NCBI GenBank assembly: GCA_047495785.1 | Contig: JBLDXI010000034.1 | Coordinates: forward strand, 682,001-746,000 | From: Lepidodermella squamata | Lineage: Eukaryota; Animalia; Gastrotricha | Direction: 5' to 3' | Length of the DNA: 64,000 nt | Shown here: piece by piece, positions 24,831 through 37,036 of the stretch | Layout of the letters: the number at the start of each line of letters is the position of its first letter | How positions within the stretch are numbered: the first letter of the stretch is position 1 | Made by a program: the position numbers and the translations under genes | The notes under the pieces: model-generated | What the model was told of the DNA's origin: nothing | Databases searched by the model: none | Seen by the model: the letters and a program-made list of their open reading frames with translations, nothing else

Positions 24831-25371
24831 ACTATTTTTCAGTATTTTGGTATTTTATTCTTAATAAATAACGTCTATTAACAATCATTGGAAAACCACG
24901 ATGATCTCGGCATGAACCATTTAGTAATTCAGTTAATCCTAATTAACTGATAGTAAGTAAAAAGGGTCATCCCTTAGCTACGCTTTTTCATTAATTATTC
25001 AAACTATTACAAGCAAAATATTCGAGGGAAAATCCTGTTTTCTTGCAAAAAATTTGAATAATTGATGAAACAAGATCAAAATGTTGCTACGGCTGTAGGT
25101 TGACTACTGCAGCAAAAACGCTGTTTTAAAAAATTCATGCATCGCACGACAGAATGTTACATGCCGGATCGTAACAACGCAGATCGATTGACCAGTCAGC
25201 GTTCGAAACTGGTTCGAAACTTTCGAGTGGTTCCGTTATGTCGATTTATAAACGAGTCGAAATATTAGAAACAGGCTTCAAGAAGTAAACTGTCACTACG
25301 ATAGCAAGAAACAGAAGCGGATTCATCACCGGATAAATATTCAATCACAATGTTTCAGTTTCAATCCGCAA

Positions 25372-28300
25372 TCAGAAGATGAGAAATTCAGAGAATGTTA
25401 CCGGCATCGCGCCATTTTTTTCAATCCTGACATAGCGGCCCATCATTGGCGGCGTGCAATACATAGGCATCGATTGGCTAGTCGTCAAAGTCGGAAAAAC
25501 ATTAGCTCGAAAAAAGTCGCAAATCGCATTAGCAGAGCCATTCACCAAATCGCCAACACGAGCTACAATCTCATAGCTGTAGGCCACAGAATAATTTATT
25601 CCATTACCCGAAGCTACCGCAACAACTTTTGACACTAGAAGCGACTGGCCGAGATCGATTTGAAACCAGGAATTCGCCGCATTTCCGCTATTCACTGGAG
25701 GTGCGAAGGACCCATCGACAGCCTGAGCATTTTGCGCTGCTGAAGAGCTGGACGAGGTGACCTGCTTCAAAAACGCAAGATTAGCTCCGGGTTCATAGCT
25801 TGCTTCGACTTTGCACAGATACATAACAGTGTCGCGCTGATCTATGCTGACGGTGATGTATCGTGCTGAAACCGGCGGGTAACACGGCACAGAAATTTTC
25901 GCATCATACAGCATATTCCGATAGAAATTACTGTCCTGGTCATTATTGCAACCCTGTAGCGAGTCGACTACACTCCCTGTGGGAAGTGTAGCCGATACAC
26001 CGATTTTAAACCCGTACATCGTGTAGGGAACCTCAAGGTAGTTGCATCCTTTGAAGCTGAACCGTCCAATCGGCTGCAGGGTAAATTTATCGACGTACAA
26101 CCGAACAGCAGCTGCTACTAAACCCGGCTTAAGATAGTTGACAAAAGGTTCAGAATTCGGTCCGCTTGAAGGTCCATCGAATATTCGAATCCGCGAGCCT
26201 TTGTTGAAAGAGTTATAAGCTACCCATTTGCTGGAGCCGGTTAACCTCGATGTGAGGTGGTACTTTTCAATCCACGCGGCCAAAGTCGCGCTTGACTGAA
26301 CTGCGACGATATTCAAGATTTTCAGCTGGGTGAATGCGATTTGAAAATAAGGCTGGCGGTCAGTTGCTAACGGGATCCAATCTGCATTGCCGATATCGGA
26401 ATTGTTCAAACCATTCGGATTAGTTGCACTTGATGCGGATTCAACCGCGTCACTGTCGAAGAGTTCAATGTTGCAAAATTGATCTGGGAAGACATTTTGA
26501 AGACTCTATACTTGTCTAGGAAGGTATTTATTAAAACCTACGCGCACAGCCTCTAACGCGCCACTTGAGGCAGATGTGGCCACTCCAAGTCTCAGGATGG
26601 AATCTTATAAATCTAGCATCAATTTGAGGCCTTATGAAGTTCCATTGAGTTGAAGTTGAATCCGAATTTCCGGAGAAAATCTTCGTTTAAAATAATGATT
26701 CACGAATAACACGAATTTATTGTAACAAACTTTAGTAGACGATAGGCCTCTAGCACGGTCGTGGAAAAATTTGAACGTAACGCCATTGTTGCTATATGAA
26801 AGCCGGAAAGATTGAACAAAGCAGTTATTAGTTGCGTCCCCAGCTGTTGCGATTGAATGAACAATTTTCTGCTCGCCGAAATCAAGAGTTAGGAATTCGG
26901 ACGAATTCGCGTTAGCTGGCGTCCAACTGCAGCCAAGCGAGCCGCGTATGTCGTTCGCATCTGAGCAAACGCCGTACGGCGGCGAGGCTGATGAGTAGTT
27001 GGAGCTGTAAGTCCACCTAGAAATAATAGATAGATCTGCTTCGCAAACGTGGCCCTCAACTGTTAGAATCGGATATAATTGTTTCTGAGAGTTGTATAAC
27101 ACGGAGATCTTACGCATGTTTGGCGGGGGAATTTGATTGGCGAGCTCCATAGCTATCAATGAATCGGCAGCAGATTGGTAAATGACGAGCCAAGTCATCA
27201 TGCCGTTGAAATATTCAGCAGCCAAACCATTCTTAGAATTAAACGTAAAATACAGAAAAATATTTTGAATTCAACATTTCAATGATTGAAGTATTTTTTG
27301 GATTTTAAAATGTTAAACTGGATTTTTCTAAGAAATTAATTTTTATATCAATTTCAAACAATTCCGCTTTTTAGGTAAACGATGATCAATGCTTAGGGTT
27401 AGGGGTCAAGGTTAGGTCAGTGCGCGAAGTAGGATCCTCGAACTAAGGGGTATTTTCGGGCCTTCATTTTAGAACCTAAGGGTCCCTCCTGTGGTATTGT
27501 TGGTTTTACCAACTTAGCTTTGCGAACTGGATACCCCATTTCCCCCTGTACTTCGAGCCCTAGGTTAGGTGTCAAGGTATTGGCTTTAGGGCTTGGTTTT
27601 GGTTAGATTTAGGATGAATTTCGGTTTCCAAACAAATTGTGAATTTTGGGCGCTTTACGGTCATTTACAGTAAACAGATAGAAAAGGAGGTAAAAGTGCA
27701 GAATTTGGCATGTTTCCTCTATGAAAGAAACCTAATAGAAACTCACTCTTCCTATGATGAGGTTGCTGGAATCATCGGGAATGCAATCGGAAAATGTTTT
27801 GCTTGCAACAGCTACTCCGTCTCTGTAGCCAGTCATTACATGAGCACCCGGCGTGAAATCGACCGCGACCAGGTGGTGCTGCCAGCGGTCAAGCGTGACG
27901 CCGCCTTGTACCCGAGCGGTCTGCACGCCGCCGCATTTAAGTTCATAGTTAACCGCCGAGCCATTGTGAATCTGCAGCGAGAGTGTCGGGTTGAAGCTCG
28001 AGTCCGCGTGTGTTATCAACGGCGTACGGCCAGCTGTGATATTTGAAATCAAATAGGCGTGAACAGCCATGGTGTAAGACGACAAAGGAGCCGTTCGGTC
28101 GCCGCCTGGTTTGATGCCCGGGTTATAGCTTAATGCCGTCAGGAAATTCATGGTTGACGGAATGAAACGGTAGACACTCGAATCGCCAGTTGACCAAGGA
28201 AAAGTCGGTCCGCGAGCTGCAGTTCCGTTCTGGAAAAAGTAGTTGGCGTTGTTACCGAGAGTAGAAATGCCGTTGTTGAAGTCAAAAGGTGTTATCACCC

Positions 28301-31300
28301 TCGCGCCCATTTCGTACGTCGAAGTTATCGGACATCGTTTGAACGATTGGACGAATTTTTGAGACAAGCCCTCTCGATGTGATACAAGGCACGCGTAGCT
28401 GGCAGGAACTGTGCCAGGTCCGCCCATTCTGAAGTAGACTTTATTTGTTGCTAAGCCTACGCCGGAGCATACACCGACTAGCGTGCTCGCAACGAACTCG
28501 CCCTCATGCACCAGGTACAGCATCACGTTGTATATGTAGACATATCCGATGTAGTTCCACTGATCGGTTTGCATCTTTGCTCTCGATGTTACGTTCAGAT
28601 ACACCGGGGTTGAACCGGCGCACATGAGCGTCAGCCTCAGATGACCGGACGGAATTATGCTGAATCCAACGGTGAAATTGCTCGATGACAAGGTATCCGT
28701 CCAGCCGAACAGCCAACCGCTGCCGCTGCTAGGTTTCACGTGGATTAGCAGGCTGGAAGCGGTTGTATACGACAACTTGACAGAGGTGCTGGTGGCGTAC
28801 AGATAATCGGCTGTGGTGGGCAGTCTCCATGCTCTAATAACGATACGTATGTCAAACAGCCATTTATTGCCCCTCAACCCTCAACATTGCGGAGAAGCTT
28901 ATGCCAGAGACGTTAAAGATTATTTGAAACAGAATATTCTTTACAAGAACCAATTTTTCCGGTGAGCGGCACCAAACTCAAAAGGGAATTGGGGATATAG
29001 GATGAAGTGAAATCATTACAAAATTATTGAATTCCGTACCAAATTATTCAAATCATTTCCAAACCCCAAATTTTAAGACCTAGCCTCCAACCTTAACCTA
29101 ACCCTAACCTAACCCTAACCCCAACCCCCAACCACTAACCAGTTAAATGACGAAAATAGTGGTTGGTTTAGGTATTGAATTAAATGAAATTTGGTAACGG
29201 TGCAAGATTTTCCAAACTAAAAATATGCACCTAGTCACTTTTCGAATAATTGTAGGAATTTGAAGCAAAGCATGATTGCAGAGTTTTATTGGTCAGCCAT
29301 GGCACTTTTTAAGTTCCGAAAAGTGATTATAAGACCATTAAAAATTCCGAAATGTGGTTTCGCTAATGTAAAAGATCCGAAAGTTTTTATGTTCTAGACC
29401 GGATTTGCCAAACCGGACTGATTTTGGACATATTCGATGTAGGCATGCCCATTTATAAAGGATTTGCACCTGTCCTACATGAGACACCTCGCCAAATTGA
29501 ACTTTCTCAATCGGCAATGGCCAATCAACCTGGATCCAGGCTCTAAGTAGTTAGCAATATTTATGAATTGAATGATGACTTGAAAGCTCATTAAATAAGT
29601 AAAATCCCAAAGTTTACGCTATATTTTCCTAATATTTCGTATATAACGCTAGCTTTTATGTGATATTAACTTTACATAACAACAGTACGGCCCTATGTAG
29701 TGTTGATTTTCATCCTGAGTTTTGAAAGCACTAGGGAAGCTCTAGAGTTTTTTGACAACTTTCATTGTATGAGGTTTGATTTATGGCTCAAAGATTAAGG
29801 CTCTCGCCAACGTTGTTAGGCCGCTCTCACACAATGTATTCCGGTATTAGCTTAGTTTCTTTACGAGATTAAATCAAATACTTACGTTATACTATTCTAG
29901 CCCTCTTTACAAGGCCTAACTTGCATGAATTAGAAGTTTTTAAATCAATATTACGCGCTGTTGTAGCTGAGAAATTTATCGCATATTGGGCTTCCCGCTG
30001 TCGAAAAATTGCTGCCGTTAGGAGTAATCAAATCGCCAAGGGAGCAGGCCAGTGGATACATGACGTATGGAGGTGGAGCTGAAACATGAAATAAGTAGTT
30101 CATCATCATGTCCAACAAAGGCTTCAAGCTCACGGGTCCAAGAAGACTGAGCTATTTGTTCGATGTCGTCGTTATCGAGCGCGCGTTTGTAGATTTGAAT
30201 ATTTGCCAGCTTGCCAAACCACGACGATGAGCTGCCAATGACGAGGTATGAGTTGACTTTGATGGAGGTCGCATTATAGTTGCAAGGCAGCCAGATGATG
30301 CCGCGCTCCACGCGGTCGACGTAAACGCGAGATATACTCGACCGGCAGTTCCACGTCACTGCAACGTGAATCCATTGATTCTTGCCGATTTTCAGGCTAT
30401 TCCCCATAGCTGTTGAATAAGGGTATTTTCCTGGGGAGGAACAAGCAAAAGCTCCCTGAACCTCGAAGTTTCCGATATCGTCGACCACAATTTGTAAACA
30501 TGGATCCCAGCTGAAAAAGAATGATTAAAAGGTTTAACGCAGAGGGGGTTCTTACTTTAATTGGAATGAACTGATAAGATTAATACTGCCATTGGTATGC
30601 CAGATCCAAGCCGCATACGTCCAGCCGTCGTTCTTGTCTATCGCTAGGTTATCCATAGGCAGTAGCAGCTTGCCGGAGCCTGACCACTCGAGAGCGGAAA
30701 GAGCCCTATCACCGACACCATTGCTGAATTTCAGCGTGCTCCCATAAACCCCGTGGTTTCCATTGCCACTCAAATCATCAGCTCTGTGAAAACGGGTTAG
30801 AGGCCAATAACCGTCTGGAACCAGCGTGAATTGAGGATCCAGCTGAGCAGTGGTCAACTCGACCGACGTAATAGTCCTCATCTGGCCGAGGTCAATCGTC
30901 ACGAAAGGACGAGCAAAGGTCCCGCCCTTATTCAATTTGGTGCAGTTCATGTAACTTTTTTCCCTAATAACGCGGCTGGAAGTTAGGACTGACGCATTGA
31001 GGAAGCCAAGCAGCTGATCCGTCTCAGCTGCGTTGGCTATAGCAACATTGCTTTTGAAGGCAAGATTCGCCGTATACCTAGGCACAGTCTTACAGCCAAG
31101 CAGCTCTACTTTGTAGCAACGAGTTGACCCAGCTGAGGCAATCGGCTCAATCAAGAAAAATTGACCGATGATTGGCTTAGGAAATACGACTGTCGCGATC
31201 TGAGTGCTGTCTATGTTGCCTTTCAGATCACTACGGCCGTTGTTGCCCACAACATCAGTCCAGCTATCACTCGCCCTAGCTTTATACCTAAGACCGAAAA

Positions 31301-32384
31301 ACGTGACCCATGAATTCAGCTGGTCACAACCTTGAAGTTGTATGGCTGTTACAATGGTTTGTTTCCTCAAATCTATTTGAAGCGGCTGCGTGTTTGCCTG
31401 AAGAGCCATTCCCCAATTCAATCGTGAGTAGTAAGGACCAGCTACGACTGTTGAAAGCTGTGAATCGTCTATCTCCAAGCTTTCCATGCCTAGCGGTTCG
31501 AAGCATTGGGCTGGGCTTCCCTTCACTGCATATTTTCCGAAGGTGTAATAATTCGCCGTTCTGTTTTCAAAAGCACTGGACATTTTGACGTGCCTCGTCA
31601 AAGTTGGTCGAAATGGAGTGAAAGTTGTCAACGTCAAGACGACAGGGTCAGCATACTGTGGTTCGCCATGGCCGTTATTAATTGGGTAGAAATCTATCCC
31701 GTCAAAGCTATACTCAAGCTTGACCCTCACGAAACAGCTTGCGCAGTAGATTTGAAATTGGGTCATCCAAACAAAACGTTCAAGGTCGATTCGGAGCCAT
31801 GACCCGACGAGCGAATTCGTGTAGAAAGAAAAGTAGGCTGGATGCTGCGCGTAAAGTCGACCCAGCTGACTGTATTCCGTACCGTAGACAGAGCTTTGGG
31901 AATAAGCCAAGTCGGTGACGTAGGTGTTATCGAAATCTACAATTTCGTCACTGGCAACGCTCGGCAACAAACTAGGCGCTGTCCAGGCTGATTTGAGAAT
32001 GGCATCCCAAATCCAAGTGACGCCACACGTTGTCGCAGAGCATTGCCGTGATTTTTTCAGAATATTTTGCGTTGCGATTGAAAACGCGTAGGCAATCGAA
32101 TCCGCTGATGATGTGGCGATTTGTGACCCGGCTAAATCGAAACTCCACAACAAGCAACTTCCGTTGTTTGAAGTGAACTGGCCAGATTTGCATATATCAT
32201 TTGTGTTGCATGCGGTCATGCAATGTGTAGCGCCCCTGATTGTACTCAAATTGCCAACAAGGTGACTTGATAGGTTGTAGTTGGCCGTTATTGGTACAAT
32301 AGCCATGCCTGGGTAGATGTTGTAATGGTACCCACCCGCATGAGCCAATCGAAATAAAACGAAGCAGATACCCAATTGCTTCAT
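25372..32384 (-). CDS. Large secreted mosaic (~1,720 aa): PAN/apple, FA58C x2, F-lectin N-half, LamG x3, FA58C x2, F-lectin C-half, F-lectin
   Basis: Seven exons join in frame (~32384-30555, 30510-30134, 30080-29955, 28833-27746, 27231-26731, 26680-26542, 26483-25372). Motifs: CMTACNTNDICKS (PAN); CFEPLGMES/LQIDL/VELLGC (FA58C); GYWPL, WIHVAVTW, IQIYKRAL (LamG); NLAF/AVDG/WFQIDLG/GRYVRI (F-lectin). No TM. Confidence 0.85.
27418..27560. mobile_element. Short MITE-like element, copy 2 (intronic), flanked by TTAGG(G)-like sequence
   Basis: Termini gcgcgaagtag / gtacttcgagc; internal taagggtccctcc; resembles 18760-18895. Confidence 0.45.
29089..29140. repeat. Degenerate interstitial telomere-like repeat (CCTAA/CCCTAA)
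   Basis: ccttaacctaaccctaacctaaccctaaccccaacccccaaccactaacc inside an intron. Confidence 0.6.
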
Positions 32385-33001
32385 TTTATCAAGAGTTACA
32401 GTTTCATATAATTTACGTGATCAAAATTGGATTTGCTTAGTTATAGACAGGAATCATTGATTTCTGGTTTGCACCCTGGTGTAACTATAACCACTTCAAT
32501 CGATTCAGAGGATTAAACTATTTCTTTCCTGAAACACCCGTCCTGCCTATTAATCTGGGTTCAATACCGCTTCGTTGTGCACGATTTTGGCGTGAGGAAT
32601 AGAGCCGGCTTTCATTGATCATCACAGCTAGCCAAAAACGAGATATAGCACGGAAGCTTCGCAAATTATTACGGCTGAAATCGTACCAATCAGAACATGT
32701 TTGTTACGCATGTCTTTTTTACGCAGCGATGCTAGAAGCATCTGCATGGCTCGGCTAGTCTGAAATCTCACACCTTTTAACGCCAAAGTTCTTGGGCGCC
32801 GTTAATCGATGAAATCGTTGATTTATTCATCAAATTTGCTGTAATAATTTTTTCCTGCCTTAATTACCTTTTAATCAATGATTTTTGCTTTTATCCACCC
32901 TACACAAATCGTCTAACAAAACAGTTCAATCCTACGCCGCAAGAAATATTTTAGGGACCCTTCCCTATTCCCTTGGAAAGAAATGCGCGTTATCCTATAT
33001 A

Positions 33002-33874
33002 CCGTAATCCGGTACAACTTTGAACACCTTACGTTCATGCAAACTTGAATGTGCAGTGTAAACTCAACAGATGCGATTTTGGTCGGGTGTTCAACTTAGT
33101 TCAACTGGTGCAGCACTCCGTAACATCCAGATATTTTGCATTCTCAGAAATTCGCTAGCGTAATGATTCGGCAAGGGGTACCCCAAAAGTAGAACTTTGA
33201 ACACAAAGATTTCGTGAAATAAAAAAGCCGCCTTTTTGCGCGAGCAGAGAATTCTGTGCAAATTTTACTATTTGCAATTTTCACCTCACTGCTTTGCTCT
33301 TTGCTTCATAGAGAACGTAGTGCGTGAAAATTGAAAATGTTACACTTAATTACACTTAAGGAGAAAAATTAATAATTATCAACACTTTTATGGTGGATTT
33401 TTGTACTCGATATTTGAAATTCGAACTTTATTCGCCATTGCCATTACGAGATAGGAAGTATCCTCTCTGATCACTACGCTATCTATGCTCGACAGTAAAT
33501 GCGAAAAATCTGGACAAAACTTGAAACATTCTCCTAAAAGTCAAAATGATGATTTTTTATCGTGTTCAAAGTTGTACTGGCTACCCTTGCAACTTTGAGC
33601 GCATGCCACGTGGAAACCACGTGGATGGGCGTGCCTTTTTGGCTACTTCTTCGAAAAAGTATAAGCTTCAATTCGCCAAGTTAGACCGCGCGGATATCTG
33701 CTACGGTTATCGCAGGGCAGCACTTCAAAGTAGACCAAAAACGCTGTTCTTTCGAGAATTTTCAAGGGAGAGACTGTGGGGGCTGTGTTGACTTGGAACT
33801 TGGCAAATGTTAGATCACAACGATATCTCCATTCAGTAAAAGTTGCAAGGGCTCAAAGTTTTACCGGATTACGG
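33002..33874. mobile_element. Non-autonomous Tc1/mariner/pogo-like DNA transposon
   Basis: TIRs ccgtaatccggta(c/a)aactttga at both ends; TA on both flanks (33000-33001, 33875-33876); internal aactttga repeats; no transposase ORF. Confidence 0.75.
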
Positions 33875-34289
33875 TATGTGTAAATGTACTTTGTGGGAAA
33901 ATGCAGTATATTCCTTTACTAAGGCAGCCTTGTTCCGGTCGCAAGGCAATTTCGAATATTAATAATGTCAAGCCGAATAAGTAAATTGATCCACATTTTC
34001 TCATGCCGTTTACTAAATGGTCTCACTGTTATCTGAACTGAATAAAACCGTGTCCGATTCAAACCAAATCAGGAAATGAGGTATCTGATTATGCATTTCA
34101 CATTTGCTTTGCTTTCTTCATTGGAATGATGGAAATGGTTGAGTATGAGTTGGGCAATCGATACTCAGATGTTAACAAAAAATCGTTTACTTCACTCAGT
34201 CTTTTCCGAACTTGCACTATTGATCAAATGCGAACGTGAAAGCGGCATAAAATATATTTACGGCTAAATTAAATTTCAAGCTATTTAAG

Positions 34290-35033
34290 TTACAAGAGGC
34301 GAGCAGCCATAGCGATGGCAACAACGACGATCGACGCTGAAAGACCGCTAGCTCCAGCTGGGGTTGTTGGCGCTTCAGTGGGCTTCATGGTCGTGGGAGC
34401 CATAGTTGGCGCTTCCGTGGGCTTCATAGTAGTGGGGGCCATTGTTGGTGCCTCGGTGGGCTTCATCGTGGTAGGAGCCTCAGTTGGGGCCTCAGTGGGC
34501 TTCATGGTGGTGGGCGCCTCAGTTGGAGCCTCGGTTGGCTTCATAGTGGTGGGAGCTTCCGTTGGCTTCATGGTCGTGGGTGCTTCAGTTGGGGCCTCAG
34601 TGGGCTTCATAGTGGTGGGAGCCTCGGTGGGTGCCTCAGTGGGCTTCATGGTAGTCGGAGCCTCAGTGGGTGCTTCGGTGGGCTTCATGGTGGTTGGAGC
34701 CTCAGTTGGGGCCTCAGTTGGCTTCATTGTAGTCGGAGCTTCAGTCGGAGCCTCAGTCGGTTTCATGGTAGTTGGCGCCTCGGTGGGTGCTTCGGTGGGC
34801 ATCATGGTAGTCGGAGCCTCAGTCGGAGCTTCAGTTGTCGGGTCGGCATCCACATTTCGAACAAATCGCTTGTTTACCAGCGCCGAAGCAACCTGCGCCG
34901 CAAGGATTTCTTGCGCGCTCCTGAATTTGGCAGCCTGAATCACCACATCATTCGCGGCTTTCAGCAGAGGCTGAACGTTGGCCGATACAGCTACAGCCAG
35001 GCAAAGAGCGATCACAGCAGTAAAAGCGTTCAT
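34290..35033 (-). CDS. Small mucin-like protein with TEAPTEAPTTMKP repeats, probable GPI anchor
   Basis: Intronless ORF; signal peptide; KRFVR basic site; ~12 repeat units; C-terminal AGASG plus hydrophobic tail with no cytosolic segment. Confidence 0.85.
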   Translation of the reverse strand: MNAFTAVIALCLAVAVSANVQPLLKAANDVVIQAAKFRSAQEILAAQVASALVNKRFVRNVDADPTTEAPTEAPTTMMPTEAPTEAPTTMKPTEAPTEAPTTMKPTEAPTEAPTTMKPTEAPTEAPTTMKPTEAPTEAPTTMKPTEAPTEAPTTMKPTEAPTTMKPTEAPTEAPTTMKPTEAPTEAPTTMKPTEAPTMAPTTMKPTEAPTMAPTTMKPTEAPTTPAGASGLSASIVVVAIAMAARLL

Positions 35034-35433
35034 CTTATTTTTTTACTTCAAGAAGTCAAGTAAGTCAAAATAATGAAATGTACCGGGACTAATGAGTGAA
35101 GCTGCGCACAGAGCTTTTTGTAATACTGCCGTATTATCTTTATTACCGGCGACGTGGGAGTGTCAACAATACCGCGCTAGTAGCCAGCCTTTATCACAAG
35201 AGATAAAAGCCTACACGTGGACGCGTTTCTGGTGAAAAATGAATAGAACCGGGTGGATAAAGCAGCTGTTTTTTCTTCCTTCATCGTTACATTTTATTTG
35301 CGCAAGATAACGGGCGAAAAAATATATTATGGACCTTATCCAAGTAATTTTATCACCACACAAGATATCACGTTTGGTCCGGTTATGCATCGGACAGATG
35401 AATCCTCATCGAGAATAGTCTTCAACTGGGAGA

Positions 35434-36214
35434 TTAGATATTGCTCGACGGCATCAGCTTGTTTTCGGCCGTCCAACGGTTGTAGCAGTTCAGGCTCTTA
35501 GCGGTCAGGACGATTTCGAAGCAGGCGAGAGCTACGGCGAAGAATCCGTTAGTGACCATAAAGACCCCAGCGACTATGTAACCTGCCCCACATCCGTTGC
35601 AAGTTAGAAGGCGAAGTCCATTGTAGAAACCGCTAAGAAAAATAAAAACATTCAAAATGTGCAAAATTTTCGAAGTTCAATCACAAAAAATTCAAATTTT
35701 AATATCGGAAATTTTAGAAAAATTATTTGAATTCTTACGGTGTGTATCCCATGATTCCGATTGCGTCGAAAACCAGCAGCGAAACGGAGATGATCGAAAA
35801 AGCGAAGAAAGTCGAGAATGTGAAGCGTTGATTGGCTTGAGCTTGGGGGTTGCCGTAGATTTCTCGGCGGAAGGTCCAATAAATTCCGAAACGGAACCAG
35901 AATACGTAGGTTAGGGGAATGAAGAGCAGCAGATGGAACATTGAGCTGAAAAGCTGACCGGCAGCTGATAGGAATCTACCGTAAGCGATCCACATCGTAA
36001 TCGCAGCCGCAGTGCTGAAAATTCCATAAGCACAGAGAGCTGAAGAGCTATCACAATTAATTTCAAAACAAATTAATGGGAATAACAGACCTATGAAGAA
36101 CTTGAAAGCTTGGCGAACAACAGACTGGGCATTGATTTGAATTTCTTCGCAAATGTTTTGGTAGAAACACGGAAGAAAGGGTGGGAAGTTTTTCGCTTTT
36201 GTTTCGTTAGCCAT
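35434..36214 (-). CDS. Secretory carrier membrane protein (SCAMP)-like, short form without NPF repeats, 3 exons
   Basis: NFPPFLPCFYQNICEEI; LFIPLTYVFWFRFGIYWTFR (E-peptide region); AIGIMG|..SGFYNG; four hydrophobic helices. Confidence 0.8.
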
Positions 36215-37036
36215 TTTTCAGTAGAGGATGAGTTGTAATTTAAAAAGTTGAATTTACGCTGAAATGAACAGCTGTTTAATCAATGAGCGTAGTCTCACTC
36301 GGTTTTTCAACATCGCGTGCCTTAGTGGCCTGGCGTAAAAAAACAATTGACCGATCGATTCCACCGCTTAATATTTCACATATTGCTCAAAATACTATTT
36401 CTTTTTGGCATTAATACGTTTGAATTCAATGATGCGATAAACATGGAAACAGAAAAATTCTGAAAGTATTGAAATTATGGAACTTGATTGAAAAACAAGC
36501 AGTCTCGGAGCTCTCCATTGAGAGGAAACGAGTTATGTTATCATCATTTCCGTACGCAGCTAAGGGCATCCAGAATCCGGAATCTAGCTGAGAAATCATG
36601 CATTTGCCAAACTCATCTGCGGTCTGTAATTACTAATTTCAAGATCAACTCTGTCCCAGTGCGTTTGCATGCCCCAGTTTTTCTATAACTCGCTGTCCAA
36701 CGATAAACAGTCTAGGAGGATAAAACAGGCGAGATGAAAGCTCAGGTGAACTTCAAGAAATTTCCCACATGGTACCAGCTAAAGTCAATAAATTATCGGA
36801 AAAGACTTTTTTGGTGAGCATGACGCTTGTTTAACTGTATCGTATTAAGAAATCGAAAAGGAGATCAATTTCAATACATTTCTTGCTGGATTAGGTGATA
36901 TTATCTCTGAAATTTCGAAATAAAATCCCGCAAGATTACAACAACTAATTTTATTATTAATTAATAATTCAGAGCTTAGCATTCATAAAGCATTTAAATC
37001 ATAAGGCAGAACCGCTTGTACCGTTGATTCTAGAAT

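Noticed and set aside
25060-25330. Minus-strand signal-peptide-like start (MNPLLFLAIVVTVYFL) followed by stops
   Set aside because: Stop after 26 codons and no recognisable homology; may be a remnant but cannot be supported.
29089-29140. Chromosome end or fusion scar
   Set aside because: Only ~50 bp, degenerate, and inside an intron of an intact gene.
34315-34938. Plus-strand VGASVGFMV hydrophobic repeat ORF
   Set aside because: Antisense of the TEAPTTMKP mucin, which has the signal peptide and GPI-like tail.
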